Assembly: GCA_963841435.1 (NCBI GenBank)
Contig: CAWJCS010000002.1
Coordinates: 672,001-736,000, forward strand
Direction: 5' to 3'
Length of the DNA stretch: 64,000 nt
DNA from: an uncultured delta proteobacterium
Lineage (GTDB): Bacteria; Myxococcota_A; Polyangia; Polyangiales; Polyangiaceae
Shown here: piece after piece, positions 40,809 to 50,415 of the stretch
Position numbering within the stretch: position 1 is the stretch's first letter
Layout of the letters: each line of letters begins with the position of its first letter
Made by a program: the position numbers and the translations under genes
The notes under the pieces: model-generated
Told to the model about the DNA's origin: nothing
The model's input: only the letters and a program-made list of their open reading frames with translations
Database searches by the model: none

Positions 40809-41792
40809 ATGAAGCAGCGCGAGCTCGGCACGACGGGTTTTCGAGTTTCCGAGATCGGCTTCGGAGCGTGGGCCATCGGCGGAACCTGGGGCAATGTGCG
40901 CGACGAGGACTCGCTCGCGGCGCTCCACCGTGCGCTCGACGCCGGCGTGACGTTCTTCGACACGGCCGACGTGTACGGCGACGGGCGGAGCGAGCGCCTG
41001 CTCGGCAAGCTTCGCCGTGAGCGGAAAGAGCCGTTCGTGATCGCCACGAAGGCCGGTCGTCGCATCGCGAAGCACGACGCCGATGCCTACACGAAACAGA
41101 ACCTCACGGCGTGGGTGGACGCGAGCCTCGAGAACATCGGGGTGGACGCGATCGATCTCCTGCAGCTGCACGCCCCACCGAACGAGGTCTACTACCGGCC
41201 CGAGGTCTTCGGTGTGCTCGACGACCTCGTCAAGGACGGGAAGATTCGCTTCTACGGCGTGAGCGTGGAACGTGTGGAGGAGGGTCTCAAGGCGCTCGAA
41301 TACCCCGGCGTGCAGTCGGTGCAGATCGTCTTCAACCTGTTCCGCCAGCGACCGGCCAAGCTCTTCTTCCCCGAAGCGCTGCACAAGAAAGTGGGCATCA
41401 TCGTGCGGATTCCGCTGTCGTCCGGCATGCTGACCGGCAAAATGACTCGCGGCACGACCTTCGAAAAGGACGACCATCGCGCGTTCAACCGTCACGGCGC
41501 GGCGTTCGACCGGGGCGAAACGTTCTCGGGTGTCGACTACGAGCTCGGCCTCTCGGTCGTGGAGGACCTCCGGAGCCTTCTTCCCCCTGGTTTTTCGCTC
41601 GTCAACCTCGCGCTTCGCTACGTTCTCGACTTCGACGCCGTGAGCACCGTGATCCCCGGGGCGAAGAGCCCGGAGCAGGTGACCGCGAACGTGCGCGCTG
41701 CCTCGCTCCCGCCGCTCGGCGCGGATCTGCACGGGCGGTTGCGGCGGCTTTACGACGCACGGCTCGCGCCGCACGTGCACCAGCGCTGGTAG
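40809..41792 (+). CDS. Aldo/keto reductase
   Basis: GFGAWAIGG, FDTADVYGDGRSE, IATK, DLLQLH, GKIR..GVS, IPGAKS. Confidence 0.93.
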   Translation: MKQRELGTTGFRVSEIGFGAWAIGGTWGNVRDEDSLAALHRALDAGVTFFDTADVYGDGRSERLLGKLRRERKEPFVIATKAGRRIAKHDADAYTKQNLTAWVDASLENIGVDAIDLLQLHAPPNEVYYRPEVFGVLDDLVKDGKIRFYGVSVERVEEGLKALEYPGVQSVQIVFNLFRQRPAKLFFPEALHKKVGIIVRIPLSSGMLTGKMTRGTTFEKDDHRAFNRHGAAFDRGETFSGVDYELGLSVVEDLRSLLPPGFSLVNLALRYVLDFDAVSTVIPGAKSPEQVTANVRAASLPPLGADLHGRLRRLYDARLAPHVHQRW

Positions 41793-41794
41793 GG

Positions 41795-42832
41795 ATGGCG
41801 CTTCGAGCTCGTGGCGGCGCGTCACTTGCCGGCTGCGCGAGCGCGGCCCTGCTCGTGTGCCTTGCGTCCGTCGCCCGGGCCGAAACCGAGGCGATCCGCG
41901 TCGAGTATCACGGTGTCACGGGGTGTCCGAGCGAGGCCGCGTTTCTCGAGCAGGTCTTTCGGCGCACGTCGAGCGCGCGGCTCGTGCCCGAGTCGCAGTC
42001 GGCGCGAACCTTCGTGGTGTCGATCGACCGAGACGCCACCGGCCTCGTCGGCAGTCTCGTCATTCGCGAGACGAACGGGACGACGCTCGCGCGAACCGTG
42101 CGGGGAGCCGCGTGCGAGGACGTCGCGGGTGTGCTCGCCCTCGCCACGGCCCTCGCCATCGATCCGAATGCTGCGCTAGCGCCGGCCGAAACCCTCGCTG
42201 CGGCCGAGCCGTCGGGCTCCGCGCCCGAGCCCACCCCCGAGCCCGGGCCCACCGACGAGGCTCCCCCCGAGCGCTTCGGCAAGACGCCCGTGCCTTCGGA
42301 GTCGTCGAACGGGCCGACGTGGAGCGGGGCGCTCGGTCCTTCCCTTGCGGCGCTCGTGGCGCCTCATTGGTCGGTCGGTGGAACGCTTTCGTTTCGGGCC
42401 ATGCGGGGCCAGCACTCGCCGCTCGCCTCCTATGGCGTCAACCTCACGGTCGTGAAGGCGCTCGAGTCCGGCGACGGCTCGCCGAGCGCCTCGTATGCCT
42501 TCTTCTGGGCACGTCCCGACGCCTGCCTCCCGGGGCTCACGCTCGAGCAAAGGCTGGCACTCATGCCCTGCGTGGGTCTCGAGGTCGGCGCCGTGAATGC
42601 GCGCGGCTCGAACATCGCCATCGGCGAGTCACGCACGCGCTTCTGGGCGACGGCCGATTGGATCGCTCGTTTGCGCGTGGCTCCGGGCGACGCATGGTTC
42701 GTCGAGATCGACGCGGCGCTCGTGCTGCCAATCACCCGCTATTCGTTCGTATTTCGCGATCCCGACACGCCGATCCACACCGTGCCCGCGCTCGCCAGCG
42801 TGCTCGGCGCGCGCCTCGGGCTCGTGCTCTGA
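41795..42832 (+). CDS. Exported protein, N-terminal Cys domain + probable beta-barrel
   Basis: Signal ARA; GCPSEAAF...GAACEDV...LALAIDP; Pro linker; beta-strand C-terminus GARLGLVL. Confidence 0.75.
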   Translation: MALRARGGASLAGCASAALLVCLASVARAETEAIRVEYHGVTGCPSEAAFLEQVFRRTSSARLVPESQSARTFVVSIDRDATGLVGSLVIRETNGTTLARTVRGAACEDVAGVLALATALAIDPNAALAPAETLAAAEPSGSAPEPTPEPGPTDEAPPERFGKTPVPSESSNGPTWSGALGPSLAALVAPHWSVGGTLSFRAMRGQHSPLASYGVNLTVVKALESGDGSPSASYAFFWARPDACLPGLTLEQRLALMPCVGLEVGAVNARGSNIAIGESRTRFWATADWIARLRVAPGDAWFVEIDAALVLPITRYSFVFRDPDTPIHTVPALASVLGARLGLVL

Positions 42833-42836
42833 GCCG

Positions 42837-43895
42837 TCAGAGTCCGACTTCGTGCCTCACGCCACCTGGCAGGTTGGTAAAGCGCGAGGTGGGGCAATGG
42901 GGCGGCGAATCGAAGCGGTTGTTGTGGTCCGTGGGCAGCACGACGCCGCCGTTCGCGGTCGGCGTCGCGAGGAAGCCGGAGGCCGGCTCGGCGTCGGCGC
43001 ACGTCGTGAGCTCGCGGTAGCCGACGCGGGTGGTCCATTCCGTGCTGAGTGACGAGAGTTGCCCCCAATCCTTCGGCACCAGCATGCGACCGTACATGAG
43101 CTCGATTCCCGTCGTGGTGTCGAGGATCCAGGCACCAATCCAGATGTCGCCGGTCACGTCAACCGACTCGCGTCCAGCGCGAAGTCGGTAGGTGTGACAC
43201 GGAGCGAGCGTATAGCGGGCGTGGATCGTGAGCCAGTCGAGGCCGCGCGCCGTGTTCGGAGCGATGCGGGCGTCGGGGTAAGCGATCTCGCCGAGCTCGG
43301 CGCGGATGGGTGGCCCCGCGATCCAGAAGACGATCATGTTCGTGATCTCGTAGGGCCCGTCGGGCGGATCGGCGCTGTAGCCGCCGTTCACCTGGATCCC
43401 CGTGAAGCCACCGCCGCTCGCGACGAAGCCGAACTGATGGGCCCACATGTACCCGTCGGTGAGGTTGTCGCGCTCGACCTCCACCTGCCACTCGAGCATG
43501 TCCATGGGGCCGGGCCAGAACCAGTCGGTGTACGTGTTGGTCATGGCGATGTCGGTGCCCGCCGGATTGGTGGGGCCCGGGGGGTCGGTCGGCAGGCAGC
43601 TCAGCGGCTCGGCGCCGGCCTCGCCTCCGGTGCCGCCGGAAGGTTGCCCCCCGGTGCCGCTCGAGCCGCTCGAGCCGCTCGAGCCGCTCGTCCCCGCGGT
43701 ACCGCTGCTGCCTCCCGAGCCGCTCGAGCCTCCTGGGCCGCTCGCCGCGCCGCTCGAGCCCGCGGTCCCTGCGTTTTCGGGGCGTCCGAACGAGCCGAGC
43801 GGGACTTCATCGGTGCAGCTCCACCCCCCGAGCGCCCCACCAAGGAGCAGCGCGAGCGCGGCTTTCCTGCTCGTGTCGGCGCGGGTCGGCGACAC
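42837..43895 (-). CDS. Lipoprotein with Gly/Ser linker and DUF3472-like beta domain
   Basis: Lipobox-like GWSC; GYMWAHQFGF..GGFTGIQ; 4 bp after the anti-sigma gene. Confidence 0.65.
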   Translation of the reverse strand: MSPTRADTSRKAALALLLGGALGGWSCTDEVPLGSFGRPENAGTAGSSGAASGPGGSSGSGGSSGTAGTSGSSGSSGSSGTGGQPSGGTGGEAGAEPLSCLPTDPPGPTNPAGTDIAMTNTYTDWFWPGPMDMLEWQVEVERDNLTDGYMWAHQFGFVASGGGFTGIQVNGGYSADPPDGPYEITNMIVFWIAGPPIRAELGEIAYPDARIAPNTARGLDWLTIHARYTLAPCHTYRLRAGRESVDVTGDIWIGAWILDTTTGIELMYGRMLVPKDWGQLSSLSTEWTTRVGYRELTTCADAEPASGFLATPTANGGVVLPTDHNNRFDSPPHCPTSRFTNLPGGVRHEVGL

Positions 43896-43899
43896 GACC

Positions 43900-44709
43900 T
43901 CAGGGCCCCGTTGTGGGCTCGGCTTCTCCCATCAACGAGCGCACGCGCTTCGCGTACGGGCCGTTCGGATGGCGGGCCACGAACTTTTGCCCCAGTCGCA
44001 GCGCTGCGGGGCAATCGCCGCTCTTCAGGAGCGCGTCAACCCTGAGCACGGTCGCTTCCATCGTGAGGCGACCGCGCGGGAAGCGTCGCGAGTACTCGTC
44101 GAGCTTCGCGAGCGCCTGGGTCTCGTTTCCTCGGGCGAGCGCGCCGCGGGCCGCGTCGAGCGTCGCGAGCTCGAGCGATAGGGTGTCGGTCGCGCGCTCG
44201 GCGGGTGCGCGCGCGGGCTCGGCGGGGTTTTGGAGCCGATCGGTTTGCTCCGCCGCGGGCTCCGGGGCCGGTGGGGTCTCAACCGCGCGATCCTGCGGCG
44301 CTGGCCGCGGCGCCGGCGAAGCCTGGGCGGGACCGGGCGGCGACGGGGCCGGCGGTGGTGAGGGCGTATGGAGCGTCGTGCCCGCGTAGATGGCGAGCGC
44401 GCCACCGATGGCCGCGACCGTGACGCGCAGGGCCACGCCCGTGCCGAGCCAGCCGAGCTTCGTGGCGGCCGCCGCTGCTGTCGCCTTGGCGCCCGAGGCC
44501 GCGGCGGTGCCGGAGGCGACTGTCGTGCTCGCTGCGTGAGCGCCGGCGCCCGAGGCCACGGTGCCTGCGGTGAGGAGCCCGGCGACTCCGAGCCCTGCCG
44601 CGATTTCGCGTCGGCTGCTCGCGCTCGGCGCGTCGTTTCGCCCGGCGCGCAGCAAGCGCGACTCGAGCTCGTCGGCGCCGCCGTCGAGCAAGCGCTGCGG
44701 ATCATTCAT
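43900..44709 (-). CDS. Putative anti-sigma factor (TM, Pro linker, C-terminal TPR-like helices)
   Basis: ATGA overlap with sigma stop; DPQRLL..LLRAG; TM; LDAARGAL..LDEYSRRFPRG..EATVLRVDAL. Confidence 0.75.
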   Translation of the reverse strand: MNDPQRLLDGGADELESRLLRAGRNDAPSASSRREIAAGLGVAGLLTAGTVASGAGAHAASTTVASGTAAASGAKATAAAAATKLGWLGTGVALRVTVAAIGGALAIYAGTTLHTPSPPPAPSPPGPAQASPAPRPAPQDRAVETPPAPEPAAEQTDRLQNPAEPARAPAERATDTLSLELATLDAARGALARGNETQALAKLDEYSRRFPRGRLTMEATVLRVDALLKSGDCPAALRLGQKFVARHPNGPYAKRVRSLMGEAEPTTGP

Positions 44710-45350
44710 GGTTTGCCTCTTGCGGAGCCGTCCAGGCCCAAGGCCTGAACCCCCTGGTGGAAAACCTCCCGCGAGCGCCGGAGCCTCGTCGCGACCGTGC
44801 CGCGCGGGAGCAAAAGCGCGCGAGCGATCTCGTCGACGCTGAGCTCCTCGAGCTCGAACAATGCGAACACGGTGCGAAGCTCGAGCGGCATCGAGTCGAG
44901 CACTCGGTCGAGGAGCTCGCGCGCCTCCAGCCGCTGCGTGAGCTCCTCGGGGTCGGGGCTCGGGCCGCGGGGCGTCAACGACAGATTCTTCTCCGCCACT
45001 TCCTTGCGCTGGAGAGCGCGGCGCGCGTGGGATGCGACCCGCGCCGCCACGCCGATCAGAAACGCTCGCTCGCTCCCGGTCCGGATCCGATCGAGCTTCT
45101 GATTCGCGATCAAGAAGACCTGCTGGGTGGCGTCGTCGACGTCCGCGGTCGGAACCCCGAAGCGACGCAGCGAGCGCCACACGAAGTCGAGGTGATCGGT
45201 GACCAGGCTCCCGAGTGTCGCCGTGCTGACCCCCGCGTCACTCTCGGACGGCGCCGGAGCGAGCTCGGGCCCTGACGGCTGCGAGGAGGGCGCGCGCTCC
45301 GGGTCCTCGGACGTGGGGACGTCCTGTCTTTGGGTAGCCGAGAGGGCCAT
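44706..45350 (-). CDS. ECF RNA polymerase sigma factor
   Basis: Region 2 FVWRSLRRFG..DVDDATQQVF; region 4 EIARALLLPRGTVATRLRR. Confidence 0.9.
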   Translation of the reverse strand: MALSATQRQDVPTSEDPERAPSSQPSGPELAPAPSESDAGVSTATLGSLVTDHLDFVWRSLRRFGVPTADVDDATQQVFLIANQKLDRIRTGSERAFLIGVAARVASHARRALQRKEVAEKNLSLTPRGPSPDPEELTQRLEARELLDRVLDSMPLELRTVFALFELEELSVDEIARALLLPRGTVATRLRRSREVFHQGVQALGLDGSARGKP

Positions 45351-45496
45351 TTTTTGCCGAGCGGGCGAGCGCGCCTGCGTTACCGGTATGCCCAGAAAAC
45401 TATCACTATTTTTGTGGGCGGCGAGCGCGCGCCCGAGGCCCCCGGCGTTGCTCGGGGACCTCGGCTCCAGTCTGGCGGTCAGATTGTGCTCGAGCT

Positions 45497-46510
45497 TCAG
45501 CGCGCAATCGGGGGGCTCGCGAAGCGCCCGGGGAAGGGATCGGCCGCTTCGCGGCGGCTGATCTCGCGATCCGTCCAGGGTCGAGTCGCGCCCCGCTCGG
45601 CAAAGAAGGCCACGCCGATGACGCCCACGTTGCGCGCGCCACCTTTTCCAGCAGCGTACGAGCCGCGCACGCTTCCAAAGCGGAAGGCCGCCACCTGGTC
45701 CATGCTCTGCCTGAAGCCGTCGATCTCCACCGTCGCGAAAGGCTGCACGAGATAGCCGCGTTTCGACAGCGTGCCGGCCTTGCCGTCGATGACGTCGAGG
45801 CCGTCCACCGTGACGACCGCCTCGAAACGGCTCGACGAGTGGTTCTCGATTTCGATCATGTAGCGTTGGCCCATCTCACCCTGCACGAGGGTGCGACCGT
45901 TGCCCACGAAGGTCGGTAGCGAGGAGCCGCTGCCGTCCGTCACGCGCACGGTCAGCATGCCGTTGTCGATGGGCGGACGATCCGCGCGAAAGCTCGCGAA
46001 GCTGGCGTTGCTCAGCATCGCGCCGATGCCCGTCGCATCGTTGTAGTGGATGCTCGCGACGGAGAACGGGCCACCGCTCGCGCGCTCGAAGGGCGCGTTC
46101 GACACGTGGCTCGTCATCGACTCGCCCCAGGTCGTACCGAGCCCGGGGCGCTCGGGCTCGATGTCGAGCGGGCGGCTCGACTTCTTCGGCTCGAGGCTCG
46201 CTCGCGACCTCGGGCTCGGAGCGTCGGCTGACGTGCCCGACCCCGCGGAAGCTTCCGCCGAGGCCGGCGGAGCCGCGGGGGCCTGCTCCGGCAGCGCCTC
46301 GTCGTCGTTCCCCGGCTCGCTCTCGCCGCGGGCAATCCCGCCCTCGCTCGCGGGCTCCGCCGGAAACGGTGAAGGCTCGGCAGTCGTTGCTCCGTGCACC
46401 GGGGTCGCGCCTCCCGGAAGCCCCGTGTTGGGCGCCGGCTTTTCAGCCGCAGCGCAACCAAAGGCGAGGATGCCCGCCGTCAAAATCGAAAAGCTCGTGT
46501 TCGTTCTCAT
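45497..46510 (-). CDS. Lipoprotein of unknown function
   Basis: GGAGG RBS; lipobox AFGC; GQRY.I..N..EAVVTVDGLDVIDG..RGY..IDGFRQS..VAAFRF..NVGVIGVAFF. Confidence 0.8.
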   Translation of the reverse strand: MRTNTSFSILTAGILAFGCAAAEKPAPNTGLPGGATPVHGATTAEPSPFPAEPASEGGIARGESEPGNDDEALPEQAPAAPPASAEASAGSGTSADAPSPRSRASLEPKKSSRPLDIEPERPGLGTTWGESMTSHVSNAPFERASGGPFSVASIHYNDATGIGAMLSNASFASFRADRPPIDNGMLTVRVTDGSGSSLPTFVGNGRTLVQGEMGQRYMIEIENHSSSRFEAVVTVDGLDVIDGKAGTLSKRGYLVQPFATVEIDGFRQSMDQVAAFRFGSVRGSYAAGKGGARNVGVIGVAFFAERGATRPWTDREISRREAADPFPGRFASPPIAR

Positions 46511-46537
46511 GACCGTTTCCTCCAGCGTCAGCCAGGA

Positions 46538-46565
46538 AAACGGGGTCCCCCCCGGAACGCTTACA
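46538..46565 (-). promoter_or_regulatory. ECF-type promoter candidate with G7 run in spacer
   Basis: Minus strand TGTAAG-N17-CGTT upstream of ATG 46510. Confidence 0.4.
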
Positions 46566-46579
46566 GGCGTCGCCGCTTT

Positions 46580-48199
46580 TCAGGGGGGCGATGTAGGGTG
46601 CCCGTCGCCCTCGAAGTCCACCTGCCCGCTGAGCCGGGGGCTCCCCACGTAGACGCGAAAGCGCACCTCGGGCGAGAGCGGGAGCTGCCGGCGCAAGAGC
46701 ACGCGCTCGACGCGGCCGTCGGACGGATCGATCTCGCTGAGGGCTTCGCTCACGAGATCGGGGATCCGCTCGAGCGCGACGGCGCGGAGCGGAAACAGGT
46801 TTTCCTCGAGGCGACCCGCGCCCCGGAGCTCGGCGGACGTGGGCTCGGAAATGCCCTGGGCGTCGATGGCGTACTCGAGCACGTGCCCGACGGCGCTCGG
46901 GTCCTCGATCTGGAGCGTCGCTCGGTGCGGCCGCATGTCGAGCGACAGCGCGCGCGCATTCGGCCCCAGCGTGGCGCGCACGGCCCCCACCCAGTGATCC
47001 ACGGCACTCCGCTCGAACAGCGTCGGTCCGCTCGGTGCGGCGTCCGCAATGGCGTCGCTGCGGCGGGCTCGGGCGCCGGCACCCTGCTCGCAGCCCGCGA
47101 GCGTCCCCAGAGTGACGAGCAGGCCGAGCGCGAGCCCCGCGCCCGCGATGCGCTCGAAGAAGCGGGCCAAGATGGCGCGGCCCTCCGCGAGCTTCGGGAT
47201 CTCCGTCCACTCGTTCTTCTGGTGGGCCTGGGCATTGGTGCCGGGACCGAAGTTGACGGCGGGGACCCCGAGCGCCGAAAAGCGGGCCACGTCGGTCCAC
47301 GCTTGCTTCGGCTCGACGGCCACGACACCGCTCTCGGCGAGCGCCTGGACGAGGGGGTTATCCCGATGGGGTGGGGCCGACGGGGATTCGTCGACGTAGC
47401 GGATCGGCGCGTCGCCCTCGACGAGTGCTTCGATCCGGGCACGCGCGGCTCCGAGCGACGTTTGCGGTCCGAAGCGGTGGTTCAGGTTGAGCTCGAAGCG
47501 ATCCGGGATCACGTTCTTGGCGCGACCGCCCGAGGCCAGGGTAGCGCTCACGACGCTTTTCCACTCGAGCCCGTCGACGATTTCGCTGACGGGCTGGAGC
47601 GCACCGAGTCGCGCGAGGAGCCCCGCCGCGCGGTGGATGGCGTTGTCGCCCTGCCACGGGCGGGCGCTGTGCGCCGTACGACCCTGGAAGCTCACGGTGG
47701 CGTGCAACGAGCCCCCGCAGCCGAGCTGTAGCCGGTTGTCGCTCGGCTCGAGCATCACGGCGAGCGACGCCTTCCGGAGCTCGGGCTCCGCCTCGAGCAC
47801 GGGGCCGAGCTCGTTCTCGATGAACGGCCCCTCTTCGCGCGCGTAAAAGACGAGCGTCACGTCGACCTTCGGTCGTTCCACCGATTCGGCAAGATCGAGC
47901 ATGAGGCAAAGCCCGCTCTTCATGTCCGCCGAGCCGGCGCCGTACAGGCGGTCGCCCTCGACGCGGGGCGGGGCGTCGTGCTCGGTGCGGACCACGTCGA
48001 GGTGGCCCGAAAGGACGACGTGGGGCCCACCCGTTCCGCGCACGAGCGGAACGACGAGCGAATCACCGTGACGGCGGATGGCGGACGAAAGCGGCACGCT
48101 CCCGAGCCGCGCGACCACGGCGTCGGCGAGCGCCCGCTCCTCGCCGATGGGTGAGGGGATCCGGCAGAGCCAGAGCAGCGTCTCGACCAGGTCGCTCAT
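46580..48199 (-). CDS. dapE: Succinyl-diaminopimelate desuccinylase with in-frame C-terminal lipoprotein-like extension
   Basis: GHLDVV, GSADMKSG, REEG, LEP, HSARPW.G.NAI, WTDVARF, GPG..AH..NE; follows dapD; ~190 extra residues. Confidence 0.88.
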   Translation of the reverse strand: MSDLVETLLWLCRIPSPIGEERALADAVVARLGSVPLSSAIRRHGDSLVVPLVRGTGGPHVVLSGHLDVVRTEHDAPPRVEGDRLYGAGSADMKSGLCLMLDLAESVERPKVDVTLVFYAREEGPFIENELGPVLEAEPELRKASLAVMLEPSDNRLQLGCGGSLHATVSFQGRTAHSARPWQGDNAIHRAAGLLARLGALQPVSEIVDGLEWKSVVSATLASGGRAKNVIPDRFELNLNHRFGPQTSLGAARARIEALVEGDAPIRYVDESPSAPPHRDNPLVQALAESGVVAVEPKQAWTDVARFSALGVPAVNFGPGTNAQAHQKNEWTEIPKLAEGRAILARFFERIAGAGLALGLLVTLGTLAGCEQGAGARARRSDAIADAAPSGPTLFERSAVDHWVGAVRATLGPNARALSLDMRPHRATLQIEDPSAVGHVLEYAIDAQGISEPTSAELRGAGRLEENLFPLRAVALERIPDLVSEALSEIDPSDGRVERVLLRRQLPLSPEVRFRVYVGSPRLSGQVDFEGDGHPTSPP

Positions 48200-48218
48200 G
48201 AGCACTTCCGGCGTCCGC

Positions 48219-49043
48219 TCAGACGGCCACGCCGAAATCTCGCAGCGCTGCGTTGAGGCTCGTCTTCTTGTCGGTGCTTTCGCTGCGTCGCCCGATGATC
48301 AGGGCGCAGGGAACCTGGTACTCGCCCGCCGGAAAGCGCTTGGGGCGGGTTCCCGGGATGACGACGCTCCGCGACGGCACGCGACCGCGAAGCTCCACGG
48401 GCGCGCTACCGGTCACGTCGAGGATGACGGTCGACGCCGTGAGCGCCACGCCTGCCCCGATCACCGCCTCGCGCTCGACGAGCACGCCTTCGACGATGAT
48501 GGCGCGCGAGCCGATGAAACAGCCGTCCTCCACGACGACCGGCTGCGCGCCGGGGGGCTCGAGCACGCCGCCGATTCCCACCCCGCCCGAAAGGTGGCAA
48601 TCGCGGCCGATCTGCGCGCAGGAGCCCACCGTGGCCCAGGTGTCTACCATCGTGCCCGCGCCGACGTACGCGCCGATGTTGACGTAGCCCGGCATGATGA
48701 TCGCGCCTCGTTCGACGAAGGCGCCGTAGCGTACCGTCCCAGGCGGCACGACGCGCACTCCCGCCTCCTCGAGCCCCTGTTTGAGCGGGATCTTGTCGTA
48801 GAACTCGAACGGAGCGAGGACGTGTCGCTGCATGGGCCGCAGGCCAAAGTAGAGCAGAATCGCCTGCTTGACCCACGCGTGCGTCACCCAGCGCCCGGGC
48901 GCTTCCTGCGTCGCCACGCGTAGCGAGCCGCGATCGAGCCGCGCGATGACCTCTTCGACGGCGTCCTTCACCTTGGGGTCGGACAGGCGCGCGCGATCGG
49001 CGAAAGCCTGCTTCACCAGCGCTTCGAGCTCGGGGTCGGTCAT
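48219..49043 (-). CDS. dapD: Tetrahydrodipicolinate N-succinyltransferase
   Basis: WVKQAILLYF, DKIPLK, VNIGAYVG.GTMVDTWATVGSCAQIG, GGVLEP, KTSLN. Confidence 0.95.
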   Translation of the reverse strand: MTDPELEALVKQAFADRARLSDPKVKDAVEEVIARLDRGSLRVATQEAPGRWVTHAWVKQAILLYFGLRPMQRHVLAPFEFYDKIPLKQGLEEAGVRVVPPGTVRYGAFVERGAIIMPGYVNIGAYVGAGTMVDTWATVGSCAQIGRDCHLSGGVGIGGVLEPPGAQPVVVEDGCFIGSRAIIVEGVLVEREAVIGAGVALTASTVILDVTGSAPVELRGRVPSRSVVIPGTRPKRFPAGEYQVPCALIIGRRSESTDKKTSLNAALRDFGVAV

Positions 49044-49122
49044 GGGGCGTCGAGTTTTCTTCAGCGACGGACCCCCTGCAACCACGCCGGGACCGAAGCG
49101 GGGGTTCCGGCCGGAAACGCCG

Positions 49123-49950
49123 TCAGCGGGGCAGCGGGATGGTGACGAGCGCCGTGCTCGGCCGCATGTCGAGGCCAAACCCGCCGAGGCGCGCCGCCGC
49201 CTCCACGGCCGCGCGGCAGGGCGCGATCACGCCGTAGGCCCAGAAGGCAACCTCGATGGCGTTCTTCGACGCTTGCGCGCCGATCTCCACCTCGATCCAC
49301 TCGGGTGCGGGTCGCACCACGATGGTCGGCATGGAATCCGAGCCGGACAGCTCGGCCAGCACCCCCACGAGCTGGGCCAGCGAGCGCGGCTTGAGCGGCA
49401 CTTCGGGCACGGGTTGGACGACGGCGAGCCAGGCGCGCAGCTGCTGCCGCGGGCGTTTCCCGCTGGGCGCGGCAGGCAAGCGCTGCCTCAGCACCTCGGA
49501 CGCGCGCAACGGCACGAGCGGCTCGCCCTTCGCGGTCTCGACGAGCTCGAGCAGCGACTGCGCGGCGTCGAGCTCGCTCGACAGGCGCCCGAGCAGACGG
49601 TCGAGGTCGAGGCGACCGGGCGTCCGCAGTGGGCCCGCCGCGATCTCGCCGAGCTCGCGCTCGAGCTCTGCGATACGCGAGAGAAAATGCTCCTCGAGCT
49701 CGTCGGCAACGGGACTGTCGCCCACGCTCGGGCGCAGCGCCCCGATGAGCTCGCGTACGGCCGTGCGCATGGGGCCGACCGAGGCAAGCACGTCGGGCAG
49801 CACGGGCTCGATGGATTTCGAGCCTACCTTCGCGGATCCGGCGAGCTGCGCGAGGTTACCGAGCGCGCCAAGGGCGTCGCGCAGCGTGCCACGTGCAGTG
49901 TCGAAGCCGTCGGCGACCGCAGGTCTCGAGGACGGCGGGGAGCGATCCAT
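49123..49950 (-). CDS. Hypothetical protein (possible degenerate histidine-kinase-like fold)
   Basis: Helical N-half, alpha/beta C-half ending AARLGG..ALVTIPLP; no H or G boxes. Confidence 0.55.
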   Translation of the reverse strand: MDRSPPSSRPAVADGFDTARGTLRDALGALGNLAQLAGSAKVGSKSIEPVLPDVLASVGPMRTAVRELIGALRPSVGDSPVADELEEHFLSRIAELERELGEIAAGPLRTPGRLDLDRLLGRLSSELDAAQSLLELVETAKGEPLVPLRASEVLRQRLPAAPSGKRPRQQLRAWLAVVQPVPEVPLKPRSLAQLVGVLAELSGSDSMPTIVVRPAPEWIEVEIGAQASKNAIEVAFWAYGVIAPCRAAVEAAARLGGFGLDMRPSTALVTIPLPR

Positions 49951-49995
49951 GGTCGTTTCAGCGCCCCTGTGGGGCCACGAAAGCTCAACGCTCCG

Positions 49996-50415
49996 TCAGA
50001 CCAGATCCATCCCGGGAAAGAAGTATAAGCACTCCGCCCGACCATTTTCCTGCGAGTCGGAGCCGTGCACCGCGTTTTCGCCCACGTTCGAGCCGTAGAG
50101 CTTGCGCACGGTGCCTGCCGCCGCCTTCGCGGGGTCGGTCGCGCCGATCACGGTGCGCAGCGTCTGCACGGCATCGTCACGGTCGAGCGCGAGCAGCACG
50201 ACGGGGCCGCGGCTCATGAAGGTGCAGAGCTCGTCGAAGAAAGGCCTCTCCCGATGCACGGCGTAGAAGCCCTCGGCCTGCGCCCTGGTGAGGCGCGCCT
50301 GGCGCATCGCGCGCACTTGGAAGCCCTCCTCGAGAAGGCGCTGAAGAATGTGGCCCTGCGTGCGCTTTTCGACCGCGTCGGGCTTGATGATGCAGAGGGT
50401 TCGCTCGGTGGCCAT
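49996..50415 (-). CDS. ndk: Nucleoside diphosphate kinase
   Basis: ERTLCIIKPDAV, FYAVHRERPFF, GATDP, NAVHGSDS. Confidence 0.97.
   Translation of the reverse strand: MATERTLCIIKPDAVEKRTQGHILQRLLEEGFQVRAMRQARLTRAQAEGFYAVHRERPFFDELCTFMSRGPVVLLALDRDDAVQTLRTVIGATDPAKAAAGTVRKLYGSNVGENAVHGSDSQENGRAECLYFFPGMDLV

Noticed and set aside
43659-43690. 9-bp tandem repeat (gctcgagcc x3)
   Set aside because: In-frame Ser/Gly linker coding with no phase-variation effect
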